NCBI GenBank assembly: GCA_037445065.1
Contig: JBBILD010000008.1
Span: forward strand, 64,001-128,000
Source: Myxococcales bacterium
Lineage (GTDB): Bacteria; Desulfobacterota; Binatia; HRBIN30
Direction of reading: 5' to 3'
DNA: 64,000 bases
Shown here: one piece after another, positions 21,200 to 31,775 of the stretch
How the letters are laid out: every line of letters starts with the position of its first letter
Position numbering within the stretch: position 1 is the stretch's first letter
Made by a program: the position numbers and the translations under genes
Notes under the pieces: generated by a model
The model's input: only the letters and a program-made list of their open reading frames with translations
Told to the model about the DNA's origin: nothing
Database searches by the model: none

Positions 21200-22270
21200 T
21201 TAGCGCGCCCGTAAAGCGTGCCGTGCCGGTGTGAGGGGCAGATCTAGCCAAGTTTTTACGCCCGGGCTGGCTTGGCAAAGTTGAGGAATCGCGTTGACGA
21301 GTCGCATGGCTGTGGCCACGCAGCCATCAATATTATGATCCGTGCTGTGAAAGCCCACCTGCAGGTCACATCGTAACGAGGGCATTCCTTCGATAGTGAC
21401 CCGGTACGTTCCGGGGCCAACGCCCTGCGGCCAGTATGGCGCTAGGTCGTCGCGAAGCCGCGTCACGTGTTCCACCACGATTCGTGGCTCGCCATTCACC
21501 ATACCCATGACTTCGAAGCGCAGAGCCGCCACGGTCCCTTTGCGGATTTCGCCGCACGAGATGCGGAAGTCTTCGGGCGCCAGTTCCACTTCGTGTTTCT
21601 GCTCGATGCCATCGAGTTGCACGCCAAGTGCGTCGGCCACCATCCGTACCGACGCGCCCCAAGCCATGCTGAGGGCTCCCGGCATCAGGAGAGGGACCGG
21701 TGTGCCAGGCGGTTTGCCGAAGCCCATAACTTCGAACAGTGTCTCGGGTTGATCGTAGGTCGCGTAATTGAAAATTTCCTGGGCACGTATGCTCTCGATC
21801 CGTTCGCACAGGCTCGAGAGAGTGATGGGCAGCGCGTCTGGGGAAAAACCTGGATCGATCCCGGAGCAGTAAAAGCTGGTCCCCCCTTGCTCGCATGCGC
21901 GTTGCAACTGCTCGGCAAAAGCTGGCACAACCGTCCATGGATAAATGAGGGGAACGAAGGAGCTGGTCACCACGTTTTTGCCCGTTGCGAGCATGCGGCA
22001 CATGTCCTCGATGGCTTCGGTCGGACGGTAGTCGGTAGCCCCCGTGTAACACACGCAATCGGCGTCGAGACGCAAGAGCTTTTCGGCGTCGCGGGTCGCC
22101 GTGATTCCAACGGGGCCGAGACCGCATAGCTCGCCCACATCCTTGCCTTCCTTCGCAGGGCTACTGACCCAAACCCCAGCCAACTCGAGTTCGGGGTGTT
22201 GTATGATGCCGCGCAACGCATGTTTACCCACGTGCCCAGTAGCCCATTGGATCACTCGCCACTTCTTCAC
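21200..22270 (-). CDS. NAD(P)H-dependent amine dehydrogenase / dihydrodipicolinate reductase-like protein
   Basis: VIQWATGHVG Rossmann start, GKNVVT, SGIDPGF, ATAMRLVNAIP. Confidence 0.82.
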   Translation of the reverse strand: MKKWRVIQWATGHVGKHALRGIIQHPELELAGVWVSSPAKEGKDVGELCGLGPVGITATRDAEKLLRLDADCVCYTGATDYRPTEAIEDMCRMLATGKNVVTSSFVPLIYPWTVVPAFAEQLQRACEQGGTSFYCSGIDPGFSPDALPITLSSLCERIESIRAQEIFNYATYDQPETLFEVMGFGKPPGTPVPLLMPGALSMAWGASVRMVADALGVQLDGIEQKHEVELAPEDFRISCGEIRKGTVAALRFEVMGMVNGEPRIVVEHVTRLRDDLAPYWPQGVGPGTYRVTIEGMPSLRCDLQVGFHSTDHNIDGCVATAMRLVNAIPQLCQASPGVKTWLDLPLTPARHALRAR

Positions 22271-22375
22271 CGTTCCTCCCTCCACAAATCAGCGCTAACG
22301 AGAGTCGAGTTGCTTCCCTGCTCCGCTTGCGGGCATTTTGCAAGCCGCAGGTGCTTATTGGTCTAAGGCACAACC

Positions 22376-23461
22376 TCAAGGGGTCGGATCTACTCTGGCT
22401 TGTATCCCGGCCGTGGCCAAGGCTTTCATCAGTAACGAAGAACGCCCGATTTTCCCGAGTTCTTCAGGGCTGAACACCCTTCGCATACTGCCCGCAGGTG
22501 CGTCCTGAACGAGTTTCCGCAGCAACTTCGGAGGGAGTTCTAGGCGGAACACTTCGATTGCAAACACGCGATGCACAATGGCATGGCGGATCCGCCCGCA
22601 GAGAACTAGCTTGAGGTCGAATCCGAGTTTGAACGAGGAGTCGAGCGGCTCGCTGAGTGGGAGCCAAAGTGTCCGCAGGTAAGGGAATCGCCCGCGTTCT
22701 AGCACGATCCGTCGGCCCCCGTTCGTGACAACAAAGAGGGGAAGCTCGATGCGCGCTCGCTTTTTGAAGGGCGCTGCCTTTGGAATGGCTCTCGAGGTAG
22801 GGCGCCGATGCCATGCACAAAGGCGCCGTACAGGGCAGCAGCCGCAGCGCGGGCGCGAAGCGGTGCAGATCGTTTGGCCGAGTTCCATGAGCGCCTGGTT
22901 CCAGTCCCCCGGTCGGCGCCGATCGAGAAGCAGAGCCGCTAGCTCATCGAAGGTTTGTCTGCTCTCCCCTGGGAGTAATGCGAAAAAGCGGCGGAGAACC
23001 CGCCGTACATTGCCGTCAACAGCTGCGTAAGGCTTGTCGAAGGCAATCGACAGCACCGCCGCTGCTGTGTAGGGGCCCACCCCGGGCAAAGACCTGGCTT
23101 CGGAGTATTTGGTGGGAAAGCAACCGCCGTGGGTGCTGACTAGTAGTTGTGCAGCCCGGTGCAGGTTACGGGCACGATTATAATACCCGAGTCCTGACCA
23201 CGCTGCCAGCACTTGCTCCGGTTCAGCGTCCGCGAGATCCGCGATGGTGGGGAAGAGGCGCAGAAAGTCACCGTAGGCACGCGCGGCCACTGCCAGCCTC
23301 GTTTGCTGGAGCATGGTTTCGGCCACCCAGATCAAGTAAGGATCGCGGTGACCCCGCCACGGCCAGTCGGCGCGATGTTGATCGTACCAACCCAGAATCC
23401 GCTGGCGAGCGAGACGCGCCCGTCGCCGCAAGTTTGCGTTGAGGCTTCCCACCTTTTGCAC
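22376..23461 (-). CDS. mutY: A/G-specific adenine glycosylase
   Basis: ETMLQQT, WSGLGYYNRARNLH, LPGVGPYTA, VDGNVRRV, C-X6-C-X2-C-X5-C cluster. Confidence 0.95.
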   Translation of the reverse strand: MQKVGSLNANLRRRARLARQRILGWYDQHRADWPWRGHRDPYLIWVAETMLQQTRLAVAARAYGDFLRLFPTIADLADAEPEQVLAAWSGLGYYNRARNLHRAAQLLVSTHGGCFPTKYSEARSLPGVGPYTAAAVLSIAFDKPYAAVDGNVRRVLRRFFALLPGESRQTFDELAALLLDRRRPGDWNQALMELGQTICTASRPRCGCCPVRRLCAWHRRPTSRAIPKAAPFKKRARIELPLFVVTNGGRRIVLERGRFPYLRTLWLPLSEPLDSSFKLGFDLKLVLCGRIRHAIVHRVFAIEVFRLELPPKLLRKLVQDAPAGSMRRVFSPEELGKIGRSSLLMKALATAGIQARVDPTP

Positions 23462-23707
23462 AGTTTCTGTGTGCTATCAAAGACACCGCCAAAGAGCACG
23501 GCGGACGCCGGAGTCGAGAAAGGGGCAACGTAAAATTCAAGTGCATCAGCGATTGACAGAACTGCCAGCATCTGTTTGGCTGCCGACGTCCGACAACAAG
23601 TGATTTTTGGTTCCTCAGGGGTGGCCGTCGCCCCTAAGGAAGAGACAGCGCAGCGGCCGTCCGCGCGACACGGAGTTCGCGAATAGACATCGAGTAAGGA
23701 GGAACCA

Positions 23708-24130
23708 ATGAGCATCCAAGAAGGCAGTCACGTTTCCATCGAGTACACGCTGCTGCTCGAAGATGGCAGCGTTGTGGAAAGCAACGTCGGAGAAGCGCCC
23801 TTTGAGTACACGCACGGAAACTCGGAAATTATCCCGGGGCTGGAGCAAGGTCTCGAGGGCATGGAGGTAGGGGAACGAAGATCAATTCGGGTTCCACCGG
23901 AGCTTGCGTATGGACCAGTGCATCCCGAGGCTTTTTACGAAGTAGACAAAGATTTGGTACCGCAGAGCGCTTGGGCAGTGGGCACAGAATTGGTAGCGCG
24001 TGACTCGAACGGCCGAGAGCGGCCAGTGCGCGTTCACGAGGTACGTGAAGATACGATCGTCATTGACGCGAACCACCCCTTGGCGGGCAAAACGCTGGTC
24101 TTCAACGTTCGTGTCCTTGCGATCGACTGA
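23708..24130 (+). CDS. slyD: FKBP-type peptidyl-prolyl isomerase (SlyD/SlpA-like, no His-rich tail)
   Basis: IIPGLE, VPPELAYG, DANHPLAGKTLVF; AAGGAGG SD. Confidence 0.9.
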   Translation: MSIQEGSHVSIEYTLLLEDGSVVESNVGEAPFEYTHGNSEIIPGLEQGLEGMEVGERRSIRVPPELAYGPVHPEAFYEVDKDLVPQSAWAVGTELVARDSNGRERPVRVHEVREDTIVIDANHPLAGKTLVFNVRVLAID

Positions 24131-24173
24131 CGGTGATCGATTAAGGCGCGAATCCTGACGCTTCCGCGCTGGG

Positions 24174-24659
24174 CTATCCGTCGCCAAGCGCGCGATCGAG
24201 GGGCATTTCGCGAATCGTGGTAAACGCGATTACCGCAAGAACCTCTTCCGGGTCAAAGAAGCGTGTTTCGACGACCCGGGTCCGACCGCGACTTTTGATG
24301 AGCTGGCTTTCGATCCAGAAATTTGGCCCGACGATCGGTTCAAAGTAATCGAGACGCATGCTTGTGGTGGCAAGCCAAGTGCGCCAGCCATCTCGCGGTT
24401 GACCGGCACGCACGGTCAGCAGTGCGACGAGGTCTACGTACGTCGGGGTGAAGCCTCCGAACAATTGGCCGCGGGGGTTTTTGACATGCTCGGGTAAGTG
24501 GGCTCGTAAGCGCAGCTTGCCAGGAGCCTCCTCAAGCACGGTCCAGAGGTACGCTTCGAGGAAATCTCCGGCCGGATGGCCCTTGCCAATGAGCTGCCCT
24601 GGCTCGCGCTTAAGCCAGGGGCGAGAGAAGAACCCGGGTTGCCGCGATTCGTCGGTCAT
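24174..24659 (-). CDS. PaaI-family hotdog-fold thioesterase
   Basis: NPRGQLFGGFTPTYVD, ATTSMRLDYFEP. Confidence 0.82.
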   Translation of the reverse strand: MTDESRQPGFFSRPWLKREPGQLIGKGHPAGDFLEAYLWTVLEEAPGKLRLRAHLPEHVKNPRGQLFGGFTPTYVDLVALLTVRAGQPRDGWRTWLATTSMRLDYFEPIVGPNFWIESQLIKSRGRTRVVETRFFDPEEVLAVIAFTTIREMPLDRALGDG

Positions 24660-24799
24660 GCCGCTTGTAATACGGCGCCGCCGCGCGCGCGGCAACGTAG
24701 GGGCTGAAAGGGCGAGAACTTCCTTCCGACCTTGACTGGCGGCGGATTGTTTCCGAAATGCACTTTATTTTTTGACGTTTTTCCGACGGGAGGTCAAAC

Positions 24800-25075
24800 A
24801 TGAGCGAGAACGAACTGCCGCGACCCGAGCCCAAACCGATCGACGAGAAGCTCGCAATGGAACTCAAGCATTTGGCCGAAGATGCAATTTTACGTGGCCG
24901 GCCAAATGGGGAGGAGCGATGCCGGAACTGCTTGTATTATCTGAATCCGGACGAAGACATCGCCTACTGTTGGCACCCAAAGATTCGCATCCTGGTAGGT
25001 GAAAACTGGTGGTGTCAGTGGTGGGAGCCAATGGAAGAACAAACACCAGCCGAAACGGCCTCCGGCCAAGGGTGA
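24800..25075 (+). CDS. HiPIP-like small iron-sulfur protein without signal peptide
   Basis: GGAGG SD; RCRNCLYY...AYC...VGENWWCQWW four-Cys HiPIP pattern. Confidence 0.7.
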   Translation: MSENELPRPEPKPIDEKLAMELKHLAEDAILRGRPNGEERCRNCLYYLNPDEDIAYCWHPKIRILVGENWWCQWWEPMEEQTPAETASGQG

Positions 25076-25250
25076 GCAGCGATTGCCTGCGCAGAGCGCG
25101 CGCGTTTCTGTGGACTGCACCGCCAAAGGGCTCGCCCATTTTGCCACAACGGCGCGCCCACATTGGTATTAGAAGATCGACGACAACGCCTTGGTGGACG
25201 GCACACGGACTATGGCCGCAGGGGGAGGGTTCGCGACGGGCGGTGGTCAG

Positions 25251-26528
25251 TCAGTGAGCCGACTGGATCAGATGCCCGATGGTGAAAAACTCTTCTGTGA
25301 GGCCTGTCTTCTCTCCTTGGTTAAAGTACCACCCCTGCTCGCCTGTGTAACGATTGCTCGGTAACGCAGCGCGGGTGGCGTGATTGAGCTGCACATCCAC
25401 CATGGTGATACTCGGGCCGAAAGGCATTTCGCTCCTGTACTCGATTCCTCCGGGTAAGATTTGGTTGCGAAACGCGTACTGATTGATCCAGACCTTCCAG
25501 AGTTGGCCGGCGCGGTCGAAAATATCGGAGAATACGATTAGGAACGTTTCTTTGTCGACAAAAAGCAAACGCTTCCCATACGCGTACTGGGGCTGTTTGG
25601 GCGTTCCCTCGATCACCCAGACTTCTCGCTTCTCCCAGTTGTCGCAGAAAACAAAATCACCCTCTCCTTCGCAGTACCGGACGGGAAAATGCTCCGAGTG
25701 GAACGAGCCCAGAACCGTCTTTTCGCCCAGGAACTTCCATTGGAACCAGGGGATCTGGCCGGCGTAGCCCCCGTAGCTGTCCACGTCCGTGTCTTGGCCA
25801 AACAGTGCGTCGGAGCGTTGGGCGCTCGACAGACGGCGCACTCGCCTCAGGGAGGGCAGGTAAAGCCAAGTGTCGTCCTGCCGGTCTGGATCGAGATAAC
25901 GGATACTGGTGAGCCCAACCCCTTTGAGGTCGAATGGCTCCAGGATGGGGTGCATCGAAGCCTTGTACCGTACCCGATCGGGGTTCGGCAGCGCTGGTTT
26001 CGGCTCGACGATCAAGCGCCCCGTGTAAAAGAGGGTTCGGAAGTGATCTAAGAGAAAGTGCCGTTCGACGGACAGCGGAGCTCCTCGGTTTAAAGGCCCT
26101 GTGTCCGCGTCGAAGTTACGCAAATCGCTGTCATCGGTTACGAAGGGCTTGTACTCGTAATTCCACATGATTTTGACCGCGATCTGGGGGTCGTTGGGGT
26201 CGAGTTCGGGAAAGGGCAGGCCGGCGACGTAGTTTTCCAGGCGCCGACCATCGGCGGAGAGGCGGACTTGGCCCGAGTATCTCTCGGTCGCTTCTTGGTA
26301 CTCGGGGTTCCACTCGATTTTGCGGTAGGGCGCAATGCGAAGCTGCAACCCTCGCTCGACGCACCAGCGGACGCCCGGCGAAACTAAATCGCCGAGCTTC
26401 TCGAGGTTGTGCTTGTTGATCACATCTCCGGGACTCACGTCGGCTCTGGTTGCACGGGGGAGAGTGGGCAGGAGGAGCTTCGCTGCCGACAACGAGAGCA
26501 GCAAAAAGACGTATGTGGCGGTGCGCAT
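25251..26528 (-). CDS. DUF1329 / outer-membrane lipoprotein-sorting-like secreted protein
   Basis: Signal peptide; AGLPFP, KIMWN, WLYLPSLRRVRR, DRAGQLWK. Confidence 0.85.
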   Translation of the reverse strand: MRTATYVFLLLSLSAAKLLLPTLPRATRADVSPGDVINKHNLEKLGDLVSPGVRWCVERGLQLRIAPYRKIEWNPEYQEATERYSGQVRLSADGRRLENYVAGLPFPELDPNDPQIAVKIMWNYEYKPFVTDDSDLRNFDADTGPLNRGAPLSVERHFLLDHFRTLFYTGRLIVEPKPALPNPDRVRYKASMHPILEPFDLKGVGLTSIRYLDPDRQDDTWLYLPSLRRVRRLSSAQRSDALFGQDTDVDSYGGYAGQIPWFQWKFLGEKTVLGSFHSEHFPVRYCEGEGDFVFCDNWEKREVWVIEGTPKQPQYAYGKRLLFVDKETFLIVFSDIFDRAGQLWKVWINQYAFRNQILPGGIEYRSEMPFGPSITMVDVQLNHATRAALPSNRYTGEQGWYFNQGEKTGLTEEFFTIGHLIQSAH

Positions 26529-26685
26529 GTCTGGGAACGGTTGCAAGAACGAGCCCAGGACAGCGACTCTCACGCGGAGTGACCAATGGATCTGGGAACT
26601 CTCACCCTTGCGAAGCTCCCTCTGGTCCCGGGTGGCGACTACGGGACGGTGCTCGTCCGTGTCGAATGTGTGCTAGGGTTGTTTC

Positions 26686-28059
26686 ATGCCCAAGGGTTCG
26701 AAACCCCCTACCGAGCCGGACTTATTCACTGCGGCTTCGGAAACAGCCCGCCTGCAGCAGGCCCCGCTCGCTGAACGCATGCGCCCCCGGACCCTGGAGG
26801 AGTTTGTTGGGCAGCGCCACCTCTTGGCGCCCGGCCGCATCCTCTATGAAATGGTCGAGGCAGGCAAGTTGCAGTCCCTCATCCTCTGGGGGCCCCCAGG
26901 GAGCGGAAAGACTACGCTCGCGTTATTACTTGCGCAGCAAATGCGGGTTCGGTTTGTGCGTTTTTCCGCCATTCTTTCGGGGGTACGGGAACTCAGGCAG
27001 ATCATTGCGACTGCAGAAGAAGAGATTCGTCTGCACCGCCGGCCTACGGTTTTGTTCGTGGACGAGATCCACCGTTTCAACAAGGCACAGCAAGACGCTT
27101 TTCTCCCGTACGTCGAGAACGGCACAATTACCCTGATCGGTGCAACTACGGAGAACCCATCTTTTGAAGTCATCGCGCCTTTGCTCTCGCGTTGTCAGGT
27201 CGTGGTGCTGGAGCCACTCGGCGAGGAGGATTTGAAGATTTTGGTAGATCGCGCTCTTGCAGATCAAGAACGGGGGCTTGGCAAACGAGGCTTGAGGATA
27301 TCTGAAGAAGCTAAGGAGTTTTTGGCGTGGCATAGCCACGGGGACGCCCGAATTGCGTACAACGGTCTTGAAGCGGCCGCGGAATTCGCACAGCTGCGCG
27401 GGACGCAAGAGATTGACCTGCACATCGTCGAGGAGGCCGTCCAGCACCGCGCGCTTTTGTACGACAAAGCTGGGGAAGAGCACTACAACGTAGTTTCAGC
27501 ATTCATCAAGAGCTTGCGCGGCAGCGACCCGGACGCGGCGCTTTATTGGATGATGCGGATGCTGGAGGCAGGGGAAGATCCCCTCTTCATTGCGCGGCGT
27601 ATGATTATTTTCGCTGCTGAGGACATCGGCAACGCGGATCCCCAGGCTTTACTCGTGGCGGTCGCAGCAAAGGAGGCGTTTCACTTTGTGGGGCTTCCCG
27701 AGGGTCGCATCCCGCTCGCGCAAGCGGTGACCTATCTGGCCACAGCGCCAAAATCGAACGCTTCCTACAAGGCAATGCTAGCCGCGGCAGAGGATGTCCG
27801 GCAGTTCGGTCCCCTTCCCGTCCCTCTCCACCTGCGGAACGCTGCCACCCCGCTGATGCGGGAACTCGGGTACGGGAAAGACTATGAATACCCCCACGAC
27901 TCGCCGGATCACTTTACTCCGCAAACCTACTTGCCTTCTCGGCTGGGTGGTCGCCGCTATTATGAACCGACGGACCAAGGCGCGGAGCGAGAGATTGCTC
28001 GGCGACTTGCTGAGTGGCGAGCAAGACGCAGAACAGAGGAGGGGAGCGGTGATTCGTAA
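26686..28059 (+). CDS. rarA: Replication-associated recombination protein A
   Basis: PLAERMRP, WGPPGSGKTT, DEIHRFNKAQQD, SAFIKSLRGSD, PKSN. Confidence 0.98.
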   Translation: MPKGSKPPTEPDLFTAASETARLQQAPLAERMRPRTLEEFVGQRHLLAPGRILYEMVEAGKLQSLILWGPPGSGKTTLALLLAQQMRVRFVRFSAILSGVRELRQIIATAEEEIRLHRRPTVLFVDEIHRFNKAQQDAFLPYVENGTITLIGATTENPSFEVIAPLLSRCQVVVLEPLGEEDLKILVDRALADQERGLGKRGLRISEEAKEFLAWHSHGDARIAYNGLEAAAEFAQLRGTQEIDLHIVEEAVQHRALLYDKAGEEHYNVVSAFIKSLRGSDPDAALYWMMRMLEAGEDPLFIARRMIIFAAEDIGNADPQALLVAVAAKEAFHFVGLPEGRIPLAQAVTYLATAPKSNASYKAMLAAAEDVRQFGPLPVPLHLRNAATPLMRELGYGKDYEYPHDSPDHFTPQTYLPSRLGGRRYYEPTDQGAEREIARRLAEWRARRRTEEGSGDS

Positions 28060-28966
28060 GAGCGGCGGTCAAGCGCATTGGCCGATTGTTGTTGCTGTCG
28101 GTTTTTTGATGGTTGCTTTGCTGGTGGCTCCGTTGGTCCTGCACTTTACCCAGAAGCGGCACAATCAACTCGATTTCGATCTGCAGCGCGTTTTCCCAGA
28201 AGGAAAGCGGATTGTCGGCGGAGAAGTTTTGGCGAGCACGGTGATCGCGCTTGTGGAGCACGAACTCGAAGGAGGAACGGGCTGGAGGCCGAACGATTTC
28301 GTGCTTTGGGGGCCTTCAGTCCTGGCGGACAACAACGCCAATCGCCAGCTCGGGATTTTGCAAGCCGTGCGTGAGACCACGCGGGTATTCAAGGACCATT
28401 TGACCAAGGTTTCCAGCGATGAGTTCGACCCCAACCTCGTGCGCGCGGACACCGCGTTCCGGAACGACCCTACGAAATTTTGGTTGCCCTCGGCGGAATC
28501 GAAGCTGCGCGAGGGAGTCCAAGCGCTGCGGGCCTACAGAGATGGTTTTGACGCGTCGCCGCCCCGTTCGCGTCCGATCAACCAGCGCAATGTTGAACTC
28601 ATACGACTCTTTCAAGCCTGGACCGATTTGCTCGGCGACGTGCACGCTCGCTTGTACCGGAGCCAAGTTGGGTTTTTCCGAATTGACGACGAGTTCTATT
28701 ATTCTCAGGGCGTGGCTCACGCCCTTCATTTTCTTGTCAGCGCGGTTCGACTGGAATACCGAGACTTGTTCACAGGGCGGCCCGTACTGACTACGCTGAT
28801 CGACGAGGTAGCCGGAGCACTCGGGCAGGCGGCTCGGTTGAAGCCCCTCATCGTTCTCAACGGGAGCCCGCATGGTTTGCTGGCCAACCACCGCCGCAAC
28901 CAGGATGGTTTTGTCACCGAAGCCCGGCAGAAAATGTATTCGATCCGCGAGGAACTGGAGAAGTAG
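28049..28966 (+). CDS. DUF2333-family membrane-anchored protein
   Basis: N-terminal TM; GWRPND, DNNANRQLG, PSAES, IDDEFY, LNGS...ANH. Confidence 0.8.
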   Translation: MIRKSGGQAHWPIVVAVGFLMVALLVAPLVLHFTQKRHNQLDFDLQRVFPEGKRIVGGEVLASTVIALVEHELEGGTGWRPNDFVLWGPSVLADNNANRQLGILQAVRETTRVFKDHLTKVSSDEFDPNLVRADTAFRNDPTKFWLPSAESKLREGVQALRAYRDGFDASPPRSRPINQRNVELIRLFQAWTDLLGDVHARLYRSQVGFFRIDDEFYYSQGVAHALHFLVSAVRLEYRDLFTGRPVLTTLIDEVAGALGQAARLKPLIVLNGSPHGLLANHRRNQDGFVTEARQKMYSIREELEK

Positions 28967-29032
28967 GCGTTGGTCTGCTCTAGCGCATCAGCGAGCGCGC
29001 GACTAGGCAGTGCCCCGTCCCGGGGCTGGGCC

Positions 29033-30412
29033 TCACGTGGGCAAAGGCTCCAAGCTAGTGAGCACTGCCCCTTGTGGGGTAACGTAAGAGATCAAGAGAG
29101 AAAGCAAGTTGATACGGGCGTCGAGCTGCTTGCCAATCCCACTCAAGAGCCCCATGACCCGGAGCACCAGCAAGATATCGGAGGGAGCTTCGACGAGCGG
29201 GTTGGCACGCAGCGTTCGGGCGAGCTTCTCTTGTAGCTCCTCGATCAGTTCCCGATCTGCGTAGCCCTTTCCACTGCGTGCTACTTGCCCGAGAAAGGCT
29301 TCCCCTAACGTAATCAAACTGTCGGAGTCGGGGTTACGGGTGCGAAAGCCAAGCTCGCGGAAGGCAGCAACGATGCCCACTTTGTCTTGCAGCAAGATGG
29401 CGGCAGCGAGCCGAGCGATGCCTGCTCGGAACTCCTCCGGTAGCGCTTTGGCAAGACCAAAGTCCAGTAGCACAATCTGCGGGCCGGGACGCACAAAGAT
29501 ATTGCCAGGATGCGGGTCGGCGTGGAAGAAACCATCCACCAGAATCTGATGGCAGAAAATCTCGGTGAGTCGGCGGGCCACCTCTTGAGGATCGATGCCT
29601 GCGTTTTTTAAGCCGGCGAGGTCCGTAACTTTGGTACCTGGGGTGAACTCCAGCACCAGCAGTCGTTTCGTCGTAAACTGCCCGAATACCTGGGGCACGA
29701 TCACGTCATGGCGGTGGGCCAAGGCCGCACGGATGCGCTCTGCGTTACGGGCCTCATTGCGAAAATCAAGTTCGAGAGGGACATGGCGTCTCACCTCGCG
29801 CAAGACGATCCGTAAGTCGAGGCTCTTCTCGATGCGTGCGAGCAAGTTGATGAAGAAGGCCAAGTTTTTGAGGTCCGCGTGTACCAGCCGGGCGACCTCG
29901 GGGTACTGGATTTTCACCGCAACTTCTTCGCCGCTGTGAAGCCGTGCCCGGTGAACTTGGGCAAGGGAGGCAGAAGCAAGGGGTTGCTGGTCGAATTCCG
30001 CGAAGACGGTTTGCAAGGGGCGGCCGAGTTCACGCTCCACCTGCTCCCGAAGCTCGCGATCGAAGTCGCGAGGAGGTACGCGATCTTGAAGCTGTGAAAG
30101 GATTTCCACGTACTCGTCGGGCAGCAAATCGGCACGTGTACCTAGAAATTGGCAAGCCTTGATCAATAAGCCCTCGAGGTGAGTAGCGAGCCGGTAGATG
30201 GATTCGGCTGAACGCCGGTGCTGGCGCGAGTAAAGGGGGGCCACACGGTGCGCGCCGAGCGCCTTGCCAAGTAGCTGAATCCCCTTGTAACCCCCGTAGA
30301 TGCGAGCCACCATGCGCGCAACCAGAGCGAAGCGCAGCGGCGGGACGCGCAGTACGTGGATAGACGGGCGTCGACGTTCGCGGGCCCTTGCTGGGATGCC
30401 GATGGTCGCCAC
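29033..30412 (-). CDS. ABC1/UbiB atypical kinase
   Basis: LQDRVPP, LASASLAQVH, VAVKIQYP, ELDF, FHADPHPGN, LLDFG. Confidence 0.95.
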   Translation of the reverse strand: MATIGIPARARERRRPSIHVLRVPPLRFALVARMVARIYGGYKGIQLLGKALGAHRVAPLYSRQHRRSAESIYRLATHLEGLLIKACQFLGTRADLLPDEYVEILSQLQDRVPPRDFDRELREQVERELGRPLQTVFAEFDQQPLASASLAQVHRARLHSGEEVAVKIQYPEVARLVHADLKNLAFFINLLARIEKSLDLRIVLREVRRHVPLELDFRNEARNAERIRAALAHRHDVIVPQVFGQFTTKRLLVLEFTPGTKVTDLAGLKNAGIDPQEVARRLTEIFCHQILVDGFFHADPHPGNIFVRPGPQIVLLDFGLAKALPEEFRAGIARLAAAILLQDKVGIVAAFRELGFRTRNPDSDSLITLGEAFLGQVARSGKGYADRELIEELQEKLARTLRANPLVEAPSDILLVLRVMGLLSGIGKQLDARINLLSLLISYVTPQGAVLTSLEPLPT

Positions 30413-30445
30413 TGCTCGCGTTTCGTCTCCAGGAAAAGTTCTGTC

Positions 30446-31123
30446 TTAGCTCAACAAAACAGCCAGGATACCTGTTAGGAAGATTCCATCAAAGGTTCCA
30501 GCGCCGCCGATCGAGGCAACGGGAGCCCCTAGTCCCGTGACCCGTTTCAAGTTCAAAAGGTCGGCGCCGATCAGCGTTCCCAGCGTTCCAGAAACATAGG
30601 CCACTGCGGGGGCATGCTCCGACGAGAGAACAAGGCCTGTCAGCGCAGCTAGAGCCGGCGGGATGAACAATGGCATGGCAATGCCCAGGCCCGGTACGGG
30701 GCGAGCGAGACGGTGAACGACCGCGGAGACGATGCCGATTCCGATCAGAGATTCGATCCAGATGCCGGTTCGCAGTAACACGTACGTCGAAAGCAAGACG
30801 GGAATCAGTGCGCCACCAACATTCACCGCTAGGACGGTCCGCGGAGCCAAAGGTACTGGAATGCGATAACGAGTTCCGAAAAACACCACTTCGGTTGCCT
30901 CAACCATTTCCCCACCGGGCACCGTTCCGATGGGAATGTTGATGTAGCTTCCCAGCAGGGAAAGCAGGAGCAAGAACAGGATGTGTTCCTGTGGCACTCC
31001 GAGTTTCTCGTACGCGTAGGAAACGATCCCTACCTGAATGAGGAAAAGAACGGCCAGCGTGATGAACAACAGCGCAAAGAGAAGCGGTAGTGTCAGCGGC
31101 AGCAGAAAAACGAGCCGGCGCAC
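30446..31123 (-). CDS. DUF1614 membrane protein
   Basis: LGSYINIP, AVNVGGALIP, GTLIGADL, SIGGAGTFDGIFL. Confidence 0.9.
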   Translation of the reverse strand: MRRLVFLLPLTLPLLFALLFITLAVLFLIQVGIVSYAYEKLGVPQEHILFLLLLSLLGSYINIPIGTVPGGEMVEATEVVFFGTRYRIPVPLAPRTVLAVNVGGALIPVLLSTYVLLRTGIWIESLIGIGIVSAVVHRLARPVPGLGIAMPLFIPPALAALTGLVLSSEHAPAVAYVSGTLGTLIGADLLNLKRVTGLGAPVASIGGAGTFDGIFLTGILAVLLS

Positions 31124-31169
31124 GAGTCGTCCGCTCTCGAGTGCAACAAACCACAGGCGGCCGCGTTAC

Positions 31170-31775
31170 TCAGTCCGCTGCGGCCCGTTGGTACGCCGGC
31201 CTCTGCGTTAGGCGGGTCACGTAGTCTTGCAGCACTGGGAAGTCCGCCAACAAACCTAGAAGCGCTGCCCAAGCCAGCGTGGAGCCAATCATGATATCCG
31301 CAGCGGAAAATTGTTCCCCGAGTAGAAAAGGCCGCTTGTGGAGGGCTTCAGTGAGTACCCGGGCTACTTCCCCAAAGCGATTCTTGCCTTCAGCGAGCGA
31401 TTGGGGAGAACGTTTTTCCTCCGGCAGCATGACTGAGTGCTGAAAAATCTGGATCAGCGGCGGCTCCAGCGTAGCGATGGCATAAACCATCCACTGGTAG
31501 TACAGGCCTCGATCGGGCGTGCCTGGCAGCGGGCACAAGCGGTGCTCCGGAAACTTATCCGCCAAATACATGCAGATCGCGCTCGACTCGTACAACGCGA
31601 GTTCCCCGTCCACGAGAGCAGGGACCGCACCGTGAGGGTGGATGGCGAGATAGCTCGGCTGCTTATGTTCCCCCTTGCTCAAATCGATTCTCACAAGCTC
31701 GTATGGCACGTTCATTTCTTCGAGCAGCCAGCGCGGGCGCACAGAACGAGTGCGGGCAGCATGATAGAGCTTCAT
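31170..31775 (-). CDS. Glutathione S-transferase family protein
   Basis: RSVRPRWLLEE, HPHGAVPAL, ESSAICMYL, FSAADI. Confidence 0.95.
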   Translation of the reverse strand: MKLYHAARTRSVRPRWLLEEMNVPYELVRIDLSKGEHKQPSYLAIHPHGAVPALVDGELALYESSAICMYLADKFPEHRLCPLPGTPDRGLYYQWMVYAIATLEPPLIQIFQHSVMLPEEKRSPQSLAEGKNRFGEVARVLTEALHKRPFLLGEQFSAADIMIGSTLAWAALLGLLADFPVLQDYVTRLTQRPAYQRAAAD

